Source of the DNA: Myxococcota bacterium
GTDB lineage: Bacteria > Myxococcota_A > SURF-8 > G963663525
Length of the DNA stretch: 64,000 nucleotides
Reading direction: 5' to 3'
NCBI GenBank assembly: GCA_963676915.2
Contig: CAXXVK010000053.1
Location: 96,001-160,000 of the forward strand
Below the pieces are notes generated by a model. That model worked only from the letters and a program-made list of their open reading frames with translations. It made no database searches and was not told where the DNA came from. Below are positions 20,711 to 31,390 of this stretch, piece after piece (the first letter of the stretch is position 1; every line of letters starts with the position of its first letter). The position numbers and the translations under genes are program-made.

Positions 20711-21508
20711 ATGATCAAGGCCGGAATTTTTATTGATACCGAAAACCTGGTTCGCTGCGGCGGATGGGGGATGCGCTACGGGGTGGTGCGTCAGCTCGTC
20801 GAAGCCCAACAAGCCACGATATTACGTGCCAATGCCTACATGGCCTACGACAAAGACCGCGAAGTCACCGATCCACTCTACCGAAAAAAGAAAACGGAAT
20901 ATCGCGATTCCGTACGCCGTGAAAGCTATCACCTGACGCTCAAACCCGTCCAGCGCTACACCGATGCCGAAGGTCAGACCGTGACCAAAGCCAACGCGGA
21001 TCTCGATTTAGCGGTGGATGCCTTACTGCAGGCCGAAAACCTGGACTACGTGTTGTTGGGCAGCGGGGATGGCGATTTTCTACGTCTCGTCCGTGCTTTG
21101 CAAAATCGTGGCAAACGTGTGGATTTGTTGGCGTTTTCGAATGTCAGTCAGAATCTTCGTGCCGAAGTGGACAATTTTTTCTCGGGCTACCTGCTTCCGG
21201 GTTTGCTGCCTACCGCCGAGGAAGCCCGCATACGGGGTTTCATGCATCACGTAAACGAGGAAAAAGGCTACGGATTTCTTACCATTCAAACCGGCCTCAA
21301 GCCGGAGGATCGTCGCGAGGACGTGTTTTTGCACATCAATGATTTCAGCGTGGACGGCAACAGCATCGGCAACGAAGCCTTTGCCCGCATCAAAACCAAG
21401 CAGGATCTTCTGGAGTTCGACCTCGTAGAGAACAATTCAGGACGCCCCCAGGCGGTCAACGCCACGTTCTTCCGTCCGGAATTGTTCCGTCCGGCAGATC
21501 TGCCGTAA
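20711..21508 (+). CDS. NYN (LabA/DUF88) ribonuclease-like domain fused to a cold-shock domain
   Basis: IFIDTEN, DLDLAVD, SGDGDF..LV..LQNRGKRV; C-terminal KGYGFL..DVFLHI..FDL..QAVN; GGAGG RBS before 20711. Confidence 0.85.
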   Translation: MIKAGIFIDTENLVRCGGWGMRYGVVRQLVEAQQATILRANAYMAYDKDREVTDPLYRKKKTEYRDSVRRESYHLTLKPVQRYTDAEGQTVTKANADLDLAVDALLQAENLDYVLLGSGDGDFLRLVRALQNRGKRVDLLAFSNVSQNLRAEVDNFFSGYLLPGLLPTAEEARIRGFMHHVNEEKGYGFLTIQTGLKPEDRREDVFLHINDFSVDGNSIGNEAFARIKTKQDLLEFDLVENNSGRPQAVNATFFRPELFRPADLP

Positions 21509-21585
21509 GGTGGGTCTTGACCGGCTGTGAATCTTCTGCTTAACTCGTAACGCATTCTGATTTCACCACGCGACATGGAGATATT

Positions 21586-22692
21586 GTGATGGCCAAAACT
21601 CTTCTGCGTCCGCCGTTGAGAACGTTTAAAAACTACGTTGCCGGAAAACCGATCGAGGAAACCCGGAGGGAATACAATTTGAAAGGCCGCATCGCCAAAT
21701 TGGCGTCCAACGAAAATCCGCTGGGTGTATCGCCCAAGGCCCGACAAGCTGTGCTGGATCATGTGGACGATCTTTGGCTGTACCCCGACGACAACAGCTA
21801 CTATTTCCGCCAGAAAGTGGCCGAACGCCATCACTGCGAACCGGAACAGGTATTTCCCGCCTCGGGTTCGGTGGAAGTGATCGAACTGGCCGGAACCGCG
21901 TTTCTGGAAGCCGGGGACAACGTCGTCACCAGCGAACATACGTTCGCCATTTATTACCTGGCGACGATGAAGGCCGGGGCCGAGTTGCGGCAAGCGCCGA
22001 TGATCGACGACGGCTACCGCTACGACCTCGACGCCATGGCCGCACTTGTGGACGAACGCACGAAAATCGTGTTTCTGGCCAACCCGACCAATCCCACGGG
22101 AACCTGGTTCGACGCCGACGAATTCGACGCCTTTATGGAGAAAATTCCTGAAGACGTGCTGGTAGTGTACGATTCCGCCTATGAGGAGTTTCTCACCGAA
22201 CCCAACATGCCCGATCCGTACCGCTATTTCGATGAAGGCCGACGCATCGTGATTATGCGAACGTTTTCAAAAGCTTACGGCTTGGCAGGTATTCGGGCGG
22301 GATACGGCATCGGCCCGGTGGATATCATCCATGGTCTGATGACCTGCCGCTTTCCGTTCAACATGAACCTGCTGGCTCAGGTCGCCGCTATCGCCGCCAT
22401 CGACGACGTGGAGTTCATCGAGCAGTCCAAGCAATTTGCCGTCAAAGAGCTGGAATTTCTGCGCAACGGCTTGGAAGGTCTACCCATCACCGTGCCGCCC
22501 AGCCAGGGGAATTTCGTGCTGGTCGATACGGACAAAGACGCCCAGGAACTCTATGTCGAGTTGATGAAACAAGGCGTTATCACCCGACCCATGGGCGGGT
22601 ACGGCTACCCAGGCGCGTTGCGCGTCAATATCGGACTGCGCGAGGACAACGCGAATTTCCTGAAGGAATTCAAAGCGTTGCTGGAAAAATAG
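21586..22692 (+). CDS. hisC: Histidinol-phosphate aminotransferase
   Basis: KLASNENPLG, ANPTNPTG, RTFSKAYGLAGIRAGY. Confidence 0.93.
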   Translation: MMAKTLLRPPLRTFKNYVAGKPIEETRREYNLKGRIAKLASNENPLGVSPKARQAVLDHVDDLWLYPDDNSYYFRQKVAERHHCEPEQVFPASGSVEVIELAGTAFLEAGDNVVTSEHTFAIYYLATMKAGAELRQAPMIDDGYRYDLDAMAALVDERTKIVFLANPTNPTGTWFDADEFDAFMEKIPEDVLVVYDSAYEEFLTEPNMPDPYRYFDEGRRIVIMRTFSKAYGLAGIRAGYGIGPVDIIHGLMTCRFPFNMNLLAQVAAIAAIDDVEFIEQSKQFAVKELEFLRNGLEGLPITVPPSQGNFVLVDTDKDAQELYVELMKQGVITRPMGGYGYPGALRVNIGLREDNANFLKEFKALLEK

Positions 22693-22760
22693 CAGGTCGG
22701 GTGGTTTTCATTCGACCCAAAGAGCGTTTTCGAAAAGTGTCGGGTGAAAAATCTCCCCAC
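22692..22760. repeat. Degenerate REP-A doublet
   Basis: GCAGGTCGGGTGGTTTTCATTCGAC ... GTCGGGTGAAAAATCTCCCCAC. Confidence 0.65.
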
Positions 22761-22860
22761 ATGTCACAATATGCTTTTTCGGCTTCCAGGCGCTTGCTCC
22801 TCCTCCTTTTCGTCCTATAGTTCATCGAGAAATCGAGATTTCACTTTTTCGAGTACTCAT

Positions 22861-23763
22861 ATGACTTCCTTTTCTCATCAAGGTGAACTGGCAGCGCTTT
22901 TCGCAGCTTTTTGCTGGACCGTCACAGCGCTCAACTTCGAGTCGGCAGGACGACGCGTCGGGTCTTTGCCCGTCAACTTGATCAGGCTGGTATTGGCCTT
23001 TGTCTTTCTTTCGATCTATGGAATCTGGACTCGTGGACATTGGATACCTCTGGACGCCGATTCCACCCATTGGACCTGGCTGCTGCTTTCCGGGATCGTA
23101 GGATTCGTTATCGGTGATTTGAGTCTGTTTCGGGCTTTCGTTCTGATCGGTGCGCGTCTATCGATGCTGCTTTTCGCAAGCGTGCCGATTTTCTCGGCCT
23201 TGTTGGGATGGGTCATTCTCGATGAACATCTCTCGATCTGGGATGGACTGGGAATGGCGTTAACCGTAGGGGGCGTCTCGTGGGTCGTCCTGGAACGGAA
23301 AAAGGGTGAAGATGGCCGAAAAGCCGCCCTACCCGTCACTGGGATACTTCTAGCGCTTGCCGGAGCTTTGGGGCAAGCCATGGGACTGATTCTCAGCAAA
23401 TACGGGATGCGTGACTTCGATCCCTTCGCCGCCACGCAAATTCGCGTTGTTGCCGGTATTTTCGGATTTTCGATCCTTTTTTCCATCCTTGGCCGATGGA
23501 AGCCGACGTTCGACGCCATACGCAACGTTCCTGCCATGAAACGTATCGTTGCAGGATCGTTTTTCGGTCCCTTTTTGGGAGTTTCCCTCTCGCTGATGGC
23601 GATTCAATACACCCAAACGGGTGTTGCCGCCACCATTATGGCTTTGGTGCCGGTTTTAATCATCCCGCCAGCCATACTCCTGTTCAAAGAAAACGTCTCG
23701 TTTCGCGCCGTGTTCGGTGCAATTCTCGCCGTTTCGGGAGCGGCGATTCTGTTTTTGCAATAA
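22861..23763 (+). CDS. DMT/EamA family transporter
   Basis: Two EamA repeats, about 10 TM; GELAALFAAFCW, GFVIGD. Confidence 0.88.
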   Translation: MTSFSHQGELAALFAAFCWTVTALNFESAGRRVGSLPVNLIRLVLAFVFLSIYGIWTRGHWIPLDADSTHWTWLLLSGIVGFVIGDLSLFRAFVLIGARLSMLLFASVPIFSALLGWVILDEHLSIWDGLGMALTVGGVSWVVLERKKGEDGRKAALPVTGILLALAGALGQAMGLILSKYGMRDFDPFAATQIRVVAGIFGFSILFSILGRWKPTFDAIRNVPAMKRIVAGSFFGPFLGVSLSLMAIQYTQTGVAATIMALVPVLIIPPAILLFKENVSFRAVFGAILAVSGAAILFLQ

Positions 23764-23791
23764 AATGTCGTGAAATCAGCACCTTGGAAAT

Positions 23792-24772
23792 TTACAAATC
23801 CACAGGCTGATTCAAATGAGCCGAGAGGTACAGATTCTCGATGACACGCATGTTTTCCACGGCATCCGTCGCATCCCAACGCGGCGGCTTTTTTTCGCGC
23901 CAGGCTCGGGCCAGGTCGTCGGCCTCCATACTGTAGCCGTCATCCCCCTCGACCTCGATGCGTCGTTCTTCCCCATCGGTCTGTAACACCAGAATATCTC
24001 TGGGCTTTCTGGGCTGCCAGGGACGCTCGATAATGAGGTTCCCTTCCGAGCCTCCAATCATCGCCCGCTGTTCGAACTGGCTTTCAAATCCCGCTTCGAA
24101 TTGCATCCGCACCCCGTTTTCGAAGGTCATCGTTCCCCAGAACGTGCGGTCGATGTCGTCTCGATGTTCGCAGCCGTAGACCTGCACCGGGTTGGCCTGC
24201 ATCACCAACCGACCGAAGTTGACGCAGTAGCATCCAAGGTCCATCAACGCGCCTCCGGCCAAAGCGGGATCAGCCTGCACGATGTAGCGTCCCCGAAGGT
24301 TGTAAGTGAATTTTGCGTAGAGCGAACGAATTTCCCCCAGTTGTCCCGAAGCGAGGATCTCTTCCATCTTGCGATAAAGCGGATGAAACCGGTACATAAA
24401 CGCTTCCACGGCGGGAATCCCCGTGGCACGTGACGTTGCAGCCACAAGATCGGCTTCCGCCGTCGTGGCGGTAAACGGCTTCTCGCACAACACCGGCAAC
24501 CCGGCCTCCAGAGCGGCAATCGTCCACTCGGCATGAAGGCTGTTGGGCAAGGGGTTGTAAATCAGGTCTACGTCGCCGGAATCCAGCAAATCCCGATAAG
24601 AACCGAAAGATCGTGGAATTTCATACTGTTCGGCCCACGCTTTGGCACGTTCTGCGTCCCGGCTGGCCACGGCGGCAATCACGCCTTCCCGTCCCATGCG
24701 GACGCCTTCGATCAGCTTCCGTGCGATATTGGCCGTCCCAAGAATTCCCCAACGCAAGCGTTCGTTCGCCAT
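23792..24772 (-). CDS. Gfo/Idh/MocA oxidoreductase
   Basis: RWGILGTANIA, LPNSLHAEW, VLCEKP, GGALMDLGCY. Confidence 0.92.
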   Translation of the reverse strand: MANERLRWGILGTANIARKLIEGVRMGREGVIAAVASRDAERAKAWAEQYEIPRSFGSYRDLLDSGDVDLIYNPLPNSLHAEWTIAALEAGLPVLCEKPFTATTAEADLVAATSRATGIPAVEAFMYRFHPLYRKMEEILASGQLGEIRSLYAKFTYNLRGRYIVQADPALAGGALMDLGCYCVNFGRLVMQANPVQVYGCEHRDDIDRTFWGTMTFENGVRMQFEAGFESQFEQRAMIGGSEGNLIIERPWQPRKPRDILVLQTDGEERRIEVEGDDGYSMEADDLARAWREKKPPRWDATDAVENMRVIENLYLSAHLNQPVDL

Positions 24773-24939
24773 GCTTTTTCTCCTGATATCCTACAGTTCC
24801 CGGTAGGATAAGGGCTTGTTCGGTTTTATGCCAAAGCTTTTGCTTGGTAAAATCCTAACCCGCATAATTCATGAAAATCGTCACGAGATATCAAGCCAGA
24901 ACGCGATGGATGGGATATGAACTGTCGTAGCGGAGAATT

Positions 24940-25626
24940 TTAAAAACAATAGAGCAGACAATAATACACACCCACTCCCATAAACACGAGCGCCGTAAGG
25001 CGACGCATCCAGCGTTCGATGACGGTAAGGGCGTTGAAAGCTTTGGATAATCGATGGGTTGCAAAAGCGAGGAGTATGGAAAATCCCACCACGGGAAGAG
25101 CCGTGCCGATTCCGTACAACGAAGGAATTATCACACTCGATTCATGCCGGACGGCCAAAGGGATGAGGCTGCCAAAAAACAGAGCCGCCGATACGGGACA
25201 GAACGTGAGGGCAAAAATCAGCCCGAGAAGCGCGGCTCCCCACAAGCCGAACCGGTTCACGCGTCCCTGAAAACGCTCCGAAACTCCCAAGCCTCCACCC
25301 ACCCAGGGCCATGGAATCACATCGAGCAACAGCAGACCCACCACGATCAGGATCGGTCCGAGAAACTGATTCATGTTCCGTTGGAGAAACATCGAAACAG
25401 AAGGTACGGCGGCAAGGCTTTCGACGACGATCAACGCAACGACGAAATAGGAAAACGTTCGCCCCAGCGTATAGAGCAGACCGGAGAAAAGCACCGACAT
25501 CGGGCGATCCACTCGTTTGCCAACATATGAGATGGCGGCAATGTTCGTCGCCAGGGGACAGGGACTGATGGAGGTCAACACACCCAACCAAAGGGCGGTG
25601 CCGAGGGCAAAAACGAAAGATTCCAT
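24940..25626 (-). CDS. arsG: ArsG-family / CcdA-like membrane protein
   Basis: TSISPCPLATNIAA and ALTFCPVSAALFFGSLIP motifs; ars cluster context. Confidence 0.8.
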   Translation of the reverse strand: MESFVFALGTALWLGVLTSISPCPLATNIAAISYVGKRVDRPMSVLFSGLLYTLGRTFSYFVVALIVVESLAAVPSVSMFLQRNMNQFLGPILIVVGLLLLDVIPWPWVGGGLGVSERFQGRVNRFGLWGAALLGLIFALTFCPVSAALFFGSLIPLAVRHESSVIIPSLYGIGTALPVVGFSILLAFATHRLSKAFNALTVIERWMRRLTALVFMGVGVYYCLLYCF

Positions 25627-26126
25627 CAGCGGGTTTTCAGCATGCCGAGGTAAGCTCGAATTCGTCCCTCGGTATAATCCATCAAAACGGGTCGTTCATG
25701 GGCAAACTCCCACACTTTGCTGCAGTTTTCCCATTTGACGATCTTGTCTCCCGCTTTGGCGACGACGATCAGCGAACTGAAAGAAAGATCGAAGTCTTGT
25801 AGAAAATGTTTGTTGGCGTCCTGATCGAAATTCACATCCTCGAAAACCAGCAGATTTTCTGAGGTTTCAGTGGCGAAACGCTCTTTTATCGTTTGAACGA
25901 TTGCACTTTGAATTCCCAAACAGGTTTTGCAACGGCGATCACCGTGAAAATAATAGGCAACGATCTTGTCCGGTACGATGTTCTCCGCTTTCGCTTCGGT
26001 TTGCGGCTGTACTTTCTTGACAGGTAACGGATTTTCTGCAGCTTTCTTTTCATCGCAGTGGGTTAGAAAAAAAGCGCATCCAAAAATCAACGACAGTACG
26101 ATGAATCGCGAATAGCTGTGTTTCAT
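25626..26126 (-). CDS. arsF: ArsF-family thioredoxin-like exported/lipoprotein
   Basis: YYFHGDRRCKTC motif, signal peptide, between arsE-like and arsG-like genes. Confidence 0.75.
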   Translation of the reverse strand: MKHSYSRFIVLSLIFGCAFFLTHCDEKKAAENPLPVKKVQPQTEAKAENIVPDKIVAYYFHGDRRCKTCLGIQSAIVQTIKERFATETSENLLVFEDVNFDQDANKHFLQDFDLSFSSLIVVAKAGDKIVKWENCSKVWEFAHERPVLMDYTEGRIRAYLGMLKTR

Positions 26127-26155
26127 GGTTTTTTGTCTTTCGGAAAGGTCGGGTG

Positions 26156-26389
26156 TTATCCGATCAGTTTCTTCAATTCATCCATCGAAGGAACTTTGCC
26201 GACGCTTTTGACCTGGCCATCCACCACCAGCCCCGGAGTCATCAACACACCGGCGGCTACAATGGCTTGAATGTCTTCCACCTTGACCACTTCGGCATCC
26301 AGTTCCATTTCCGTGACGGCCCGTTGGGTCATCTCGGCCAGTTTTTTACATTTCGCGCAACCCGTACCCAGAACTTCGATTTTTTTCAT
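26156..26389 (-). CDS. arsE: MTH895/ArsE-family small thioredoxin
   Basis: IEVLGTGCAKC, GVLMTPGLVVDG. Confidence 0.85.
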   Translation of the reverse strand: MKKIEVLGTGCAKCKKLAEMTQRAVTEMELDAEVVKVEDIQAIVAAGVLMTPGLVVDGQVKSVGKVPSMDELKKLIG

Positions 26390-26438
26390 GATATCGTCCT
26401 CTTTCCTGAATGATTTTCACCGGTTTTCAATTTGTCAC

Positions 26439-26512
26439 GTAGCGGTCAGGTGGTTTCCACCCGACGATATTCAAAAACGGTTCTCATTGTCGGGTGAAAT
26501 CACCCGACCTAC
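26439..26512. repeat. REP-A doublet inside the ars cluster
   Basis: GTAGcGGTCAGGTGGTTTCCACCCGAC ... GTCGGGTGAAATCACCCGACCTAC. Confidence 0.82.
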
Positions 26513-26539
26513 TTCTAAGTATTTGTAATAAATCATGTA

Positions 26540-27706
26540 TTACCCAAACAGCGCTCCGAAAACCACCCCGGCGACGGTGGACATCACCACGACCAGAGCC
26601 ACGTAAACCGCTGTTTTTTTAGTCCCCAGAACACCTCGAATGACCAGCATGTTGGGCAGACTCAGCGCCGGACCGGCCAGCAGCAGCGCCAGCGCCGGTC
26701 CCTTGCCCATACCCGCACCGATCAGACCTTCCAGAATCGGCACCTCGGTTAGCGTCGCGAAGTACATGAATGCTCCGACCAGCGAAGCGAAGAAATTGGC
26801 GCCGATGCTGTTCCCGCCAACCAGTGAAGCCACCCACTCGGAAGGAATCAGACCTTGATGGCCGGGTCGTCCCAGTAGAAATCCGGCCAGCAAAACGCCC
26901 CAGAACAGCAAAGGCAGAATCATTTCGCCGTATTCCATCGAAGACGCCAGCCACTCGCGGCGTTCCTCACGGGTGAACCACAGCCACACCGCTCCCGCCA
27001 GAAACAGCGAAAACAGTCCGGTAATCCACCACTTGGCTTCATATAGTACCTGCCACAATCCGCCTTCACCGTTTTGTGGAGCGCTCCAGTTGGCAGCGAC
27101 CAGGATGCCGATCATCAGTGAAAAATAAAGGAGATCCTGTATCGGTCTGCGAGGAGGTGTTTCCTCCGGCATCGGAGGAAGATCGGTGGCCGATGCTTCC
27201 TCTTTGCGGAATAAAAACGCCATGGCAAGACCGATGGCCACGGAGAAAATCACCGCTCCGATGGCACGCGCCAGTCCCATTTCGGCACCCAGCACACGGG
27301 CGGTCAAAATGATCGCCAGTACGTTGATGGCCGGGCCAGAGTACAAAAACGCCGTCGCCGGACCGATTCCTGCTCCTCGGGTGTAGATCCCGGCGAACAA
27401 TGGAAGTACCGTGCAGGAACAGACAGCTAAAATCGTCCCGCTGCCTGCGGCGACACCATAAGCCACGATGCGGTTAGCTCCGGCTCCCAGATACTTCAAC
27501 ACCGCGTTTTGAGACACGAAATTGGCGATAGCTCCGGCGATGAAGAAGGCGGGAATTAGGCACAACAAGACGTGTTCTTTGGCGTACCACTGCGTCAGGG
27601 CGAAGGCTTCGAGAATGGCCCCGGTGAGCCGTTGGGAATCCAGCGGCAACGCCCAGAAAACAAAAAACACCGCCGCGAAAATCGCCCATTTCATCCGTTG
27701 AGACAT
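26540..27706 (-). CDS. arsP: ArsP/DUF318 family permease
   Basis: HVLLCLIPAFFIAG, AVCSCTVLPLF, FLYSGPAIN, MYFATLTEVP, GPALSLP. Confidence 0.88.
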   Translation of the reverse strand: MSQRMKWAIFAAVFFVFWALPLDSQRLTGAILEAFALTQWYAKEHVLLCLIPAFFIAGAIANFVSQNAVLKYLGAGANRIVAYGVAAGSGTILAVCSCTVLPLFAGIYTRGAGIGPATAFLYSGPAINVLAIILTARVLGAEMGLARAIGAVIFSVAIGLAMAFLFRKEEASATDLPPMPEETPPRRPIQDLLYFSLMIGILVAANWSAPQNGEGGLWQVLYEAKWWITGLFSLFLAGAVWLWFTREERREWLASSMEYGEMILPLLFWGVLLAGFLLGRPGHQGLIPSEWVASLVGGNSIGANFFASLVGAFMYFATLTEVPILEGLIGAGMGKGPALALLLAGPALSLPNMLVIRGVLGTKKTAVYVALVVVMSTVAGVVFGALFG

Positions 27707-27710
27707 GACA

Positions 27711-28517
27711 TTACTCCGCAATTTCATCGGGCATTAGGCGCTCGATTCGTTTCCATAACTCATCTCGGACAGCACGAAACGCGGCGAGCCGTTCTTCCGG
27801 GTTGTCGATCTTCGCCGGGTCGGGTAGTCCCCAGTGCAAGTGGTGAGGTGCACTGGAAAACGTGGGGCAGACTTCTTCGTCGCAAAGCGTAATCGCGGCG
27901 TCGAAATCGACCAAATCGAATTCTTCGACGGATTTCGAGCGAAGCCCATCGGTGGAAACGCCTTTTTCTTTCAATACTTGTAGAGCTTCCGGGCGAACGA
28001 AGGCAGGGTTGCTGCCCGCCGAGAAAGCCCGAACGTCCGCCGGGGCGAGATGCCGGGCGATGGCTTCGGCCAGTTGGCTACGGGCAGAGTTCTGCACGCA
28101 CAAAAACAACAGATTTTTAGGTTTCGAGCGAGCAAGTTCCAACGTGGAAGGCAGCCAGTCCTCCACAGGGGATTGGTTTGCAGGAAGCTCGGAAAGAACC
28201 GGAAGCGGTTGAATGTTGGTTTGCAAGACTTGGTGACAACAGGCGAACATGTCCAGCACGCAAGGTGTAAGCAACCGATATAACACGCGATTACCTTCTT
28301 TACGGCTCTGGACGATTCCAGCGCTTCGCAAGACGGACAAATGCTTCGAGACGGTGGACTGGTCCAGTCCGGCAGCTTTCGTCAAGGAGCCTACCGTTCC
28401 TTCACCATGGCGCAGGCGATCGACGATCATCAGCCGCGCCTCGTTGGCGAGCGCCTTGTGAATTCGTGCCTGTTGCGTGTAATCGGAGAGGTTTGGTTTA
28501 GTGGTGTCGTTTTTCAT
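27711..28517 (-). CDS. ArsR/SmtB repressor fused to LMWP-type arsenate reductase ArsC
   Basis: KALANEARL..QSTVSKHLSVL..YRL..CVLDMFACC, then LFLCVQNSARSQLAE, TLC..CP, HWGLPDP. Confidence 0.88.
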   Translation of the reverse strand: MKNDTTKPNLSDYTQQARIHKALANEARLMIVDRLRHGEGTVGSLTKAAGLDQSTVSKHLSVLRSAGIVQSRKEGNRVLYRLLTPCVLDMFACCHQVLQTNIQPLPVLSELPANQSPVEDWLPSTLELARSKPKNLLFLCVQNSARSQLAEAIARHLAPADVRAFSAGSNPAFVRPEALQVLKEKGVSTDGLRSKSVEEFDLVDFDAAITLCDEEVCPTFSSAPHHLHWGLPDPAKIDNPEERLAAFRAVRDELWKRIERLMPDEIAE

Positions 28518-28523
28518 GCACAA

Positions 28524-28552
28524 ACTATATGGCTACATGGCCATATAGTCAA
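28524..28552 (-). promoter_or_regulatory. Sigma-70 promoter overlapped by an ArsR-type operator palindrome
   Basis: Minus strand TTGACT-17 nt-TATAGT; inverted repeat ACTATATGGC-n6-GCCATATAGT (28524-28549). Confidence 0.8.
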
Positions 28553-28676
28553 GTACTTGAAATACAAAAATACTATCCTGGAGAAAATTCGGGAGAATCG
28601 TGACGAGAAACCAAAAGTTGAAGGGATCGGGAACCCCAAACCAACGGTTCACGCCATTTCTCCCCCAGAAAAATCT

Positions 28677-31390
28677 CTATTCGAACGTCACCACGAGATC
28701 TACGCTGCCCGTGGCCTCGGGTATGAACGAGACCTCGACCGCGCCGCCGTCCGTGTTTTCCTGCTGATCCGTAACGGAAGTTCCCGATATCGTAACATTT
28801 TTGAAGGAAAATCCCTCGGGAATCGAGAACGACATCCGGTACGTGAACGGAGCTTTTTCGGTTGGTTTGGCAACCTTTGCCGACAAGGTGATCGTTTTGT
28901 CGGTTTCGTTCCAGGCGTAGGCGGTAATGTCGGTGGCCCCCATGGTGATCTGGCGGTTCCAGCCCAAAAACTGAGGATGCTCCACCTTTGGTCGGAACGC
29001 CACCACACGGGAATCGTGGGATGGTACGTCGAGGTTGAAGGTTCCGGTCGCCTCACCCAGATACTCGCCGGTCCAGAACTCGTAGGCCAGGTAGGTCGTT
29101 TGGGAATCCAATCCCAATTCTTCTACAAGATCAATGGTATACGAACGTACAGTGCCTTCATCTGGCATTTTTTCGAAGGGATTTTTCGTCAGATCCCAAT
29201 TGAGTCCCCAGTTGATCAGGCCTAGCACGTCGTAGGGTTCGTTAAAGCCATCCGTTCCGCCTTCGACATGCAAATGCCACATTTCGGGAAATTCGCGGGT
29301 GAACAAGTCCAGTGGACGCGCTCCGTTGGGATAGATCGGCAGAAGCTGCCGCACGACGTTGATCTGCTCGCCGGTCATGTCCACCAGCCGATCGCCGATC
29401 TTGACGATACCACCGGACAACCCCACGTACGTGCAGAACGACCGAGCTTCCTCGAACGTGACGCGTGGCCAGGTTTCATCGCGTGTATTGGATCGGAAGA
29501 TGATCAGGTCCGGATGGTTGATCCAGATACGATTGTGCAGGTAATAGCGGCGTCCCGAGGTGCGAACCGTTGGTTTAAACCCCTGCTGGCCGCTCTTTTC
29601 GTCGTCTTCGAGCGTCGGTTCCCAATCCCATACGGGTTGATTGTCCAGTTGCAGTCGGTCGCCGTCGATGAGGCCGTAATGAATGCCCATCACCGAGACG
29701 GCCAGGAAAAAGGTATCGTCGCCGATTTCCTCACGGATGATTCGCAGGGCGTTACGGTACATTTCCTCTCGGGTCTGGGTAGGGTCGTATATCCCGATTG
29801 TCATTAAAGAGTAATAATTGAAATCGAGCTTCAGCCAGTCGAAATTCCAGTCCTGTCGGAAGGTTTTGAACAGGTCGTGCAACCATTGTTTCACCTCGGG
29901 ATTCGTCAGGTCCAGCAAACTGTATCCCGTCCCGAATATCTGTCCCACCATGGAACGTTCCGCCAACCAGTCGGGGTGATCCGCGACCGTCTGGCAATCA
30001 GGGTCCAGCGCCAGGGCTGCGTTCCAAAGTCCCGGTTTCAGGCCGGTTTCGCGGATTTTATCACTCAACCAGCGAGGACCATTGGGAAACTTGCTTTCCT
30101 GCCAGGTCCAATCCCCGTAATACGGCTCGTAGCCGTCATCCACCTGGAACCAGTCGATGCCCCAATCTTTGAATTCCGTAACCATTACGTCGAGGTTTTC
30201 GAGCATCAGGTCTTCGGTAATCCCAGTGCCGTAACCGCCGGTAGAGCCGGAGCCGCTCCAGGAATTCCAACCGTTGGGCACCCGCTGTCCACCGTTGCGC
30301 TCGGTCCAAAGCGTGATGTCCAGATGCTTTTTCACGGCCATGGCGTAGTCTTCCAGACCTTGCATCGGGTTGGTTTCTCCGGCATGGACGTAAATCGGCT
30401 CGGAACGGAATTCTTCGCCCGCCGGTACCGGTTTAGGATTGGGCTGGTAAGCCGCCTCAGCACTGAAAAAGCTGAAACCGTTTCGTCCGTCGGGACTGGT
30501 TTGGGAATACGCGGGATCGTAGGTCAGGTTGAACACCGGCGAGGAGGATTCGAAACTCAGCCCTCCGGCGATCCAGCTTGCTTCGCTTTGCAGGTCTTTT
30601 ACGCCGTGATTCCAGCTCGACACGCTAGCTCCCTGGAAGTCGCCCGGTATCATCGCCGTGAAATAATCCTCCCGCGCCGTATCGCCCGTGCGTATCTCTA
30701 CCAGGTGATCCAAGTAAGTATACGAACCGTTTTTCGATGATACGATGCTCGGCGGGGTCGTTACCTAGGAACAACGCGCCGCCCCTGGCGCCATCCAAGG
30801 TAATCGGTGCTACTTTGGCAAAATTCAATTCGTTTTGTGTCGTATTGACCAGATCCACGATGAACGTATAAAAACCGCCATCCGTGTATGCACTGATGGT
30901 CCACCGAAGTTCCGGTTCTCCTTCGGCGGTCTTGGCGGTGACGATCAGCCGTTCGGCGTCGCCAAGGTTGTCGTTGCCGCTCTCCGTTTCCACCTCCCGA
31001 AGCGCCAGAGACGAAACATTCATCCTCGTACCGGTATCATCGGGGGCGTCCAGCCAGATGCTGGCCGTAGCTTTCTGAACGATCAAGCTGCCGTCTTCGC
31101 GATAGATGTTGATCGTTCCGGTATCGTTGCGATAGACAAGCTTCGTCGTGCCGGATACGAGATCGGTTCGCACGCCTCCGGTATCCGATTCGCAGGCTCC
31201 GGCAATACACAGGCACCCGGCGGGACAATGGCCGTCGGTTAGAGCAAGACTGGCCGTCGCAACCTACGACTTCGATTTCCTGTTCGGTGTCGCCCGCCTG
31301 GATGTGCTCGTCGCCGTCATCCGAACAGCAGGTCAAAAGAAGGAAAAGACTTGCGAAAAAGAAAAAACGGGAAAATTTCACCAAAGACAT
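28677..31390 (-). CDS. GH36-type alpha-galactosidase lipoprotein, two frameshifts (~31230 and ~30730)
   Basis: Lipobox LLTCCS; GWNSW, FQVDDG, KPGLW, LDLTNPEV, WLKLDF, INHPD across three ORFs. Confidence 0.8.

Noticed and set aside
19595-21508. Integrative element at tRNA-Lys
   Set aside because: No integrase, and I did not see a duplicated tRNA 3' end in the window.
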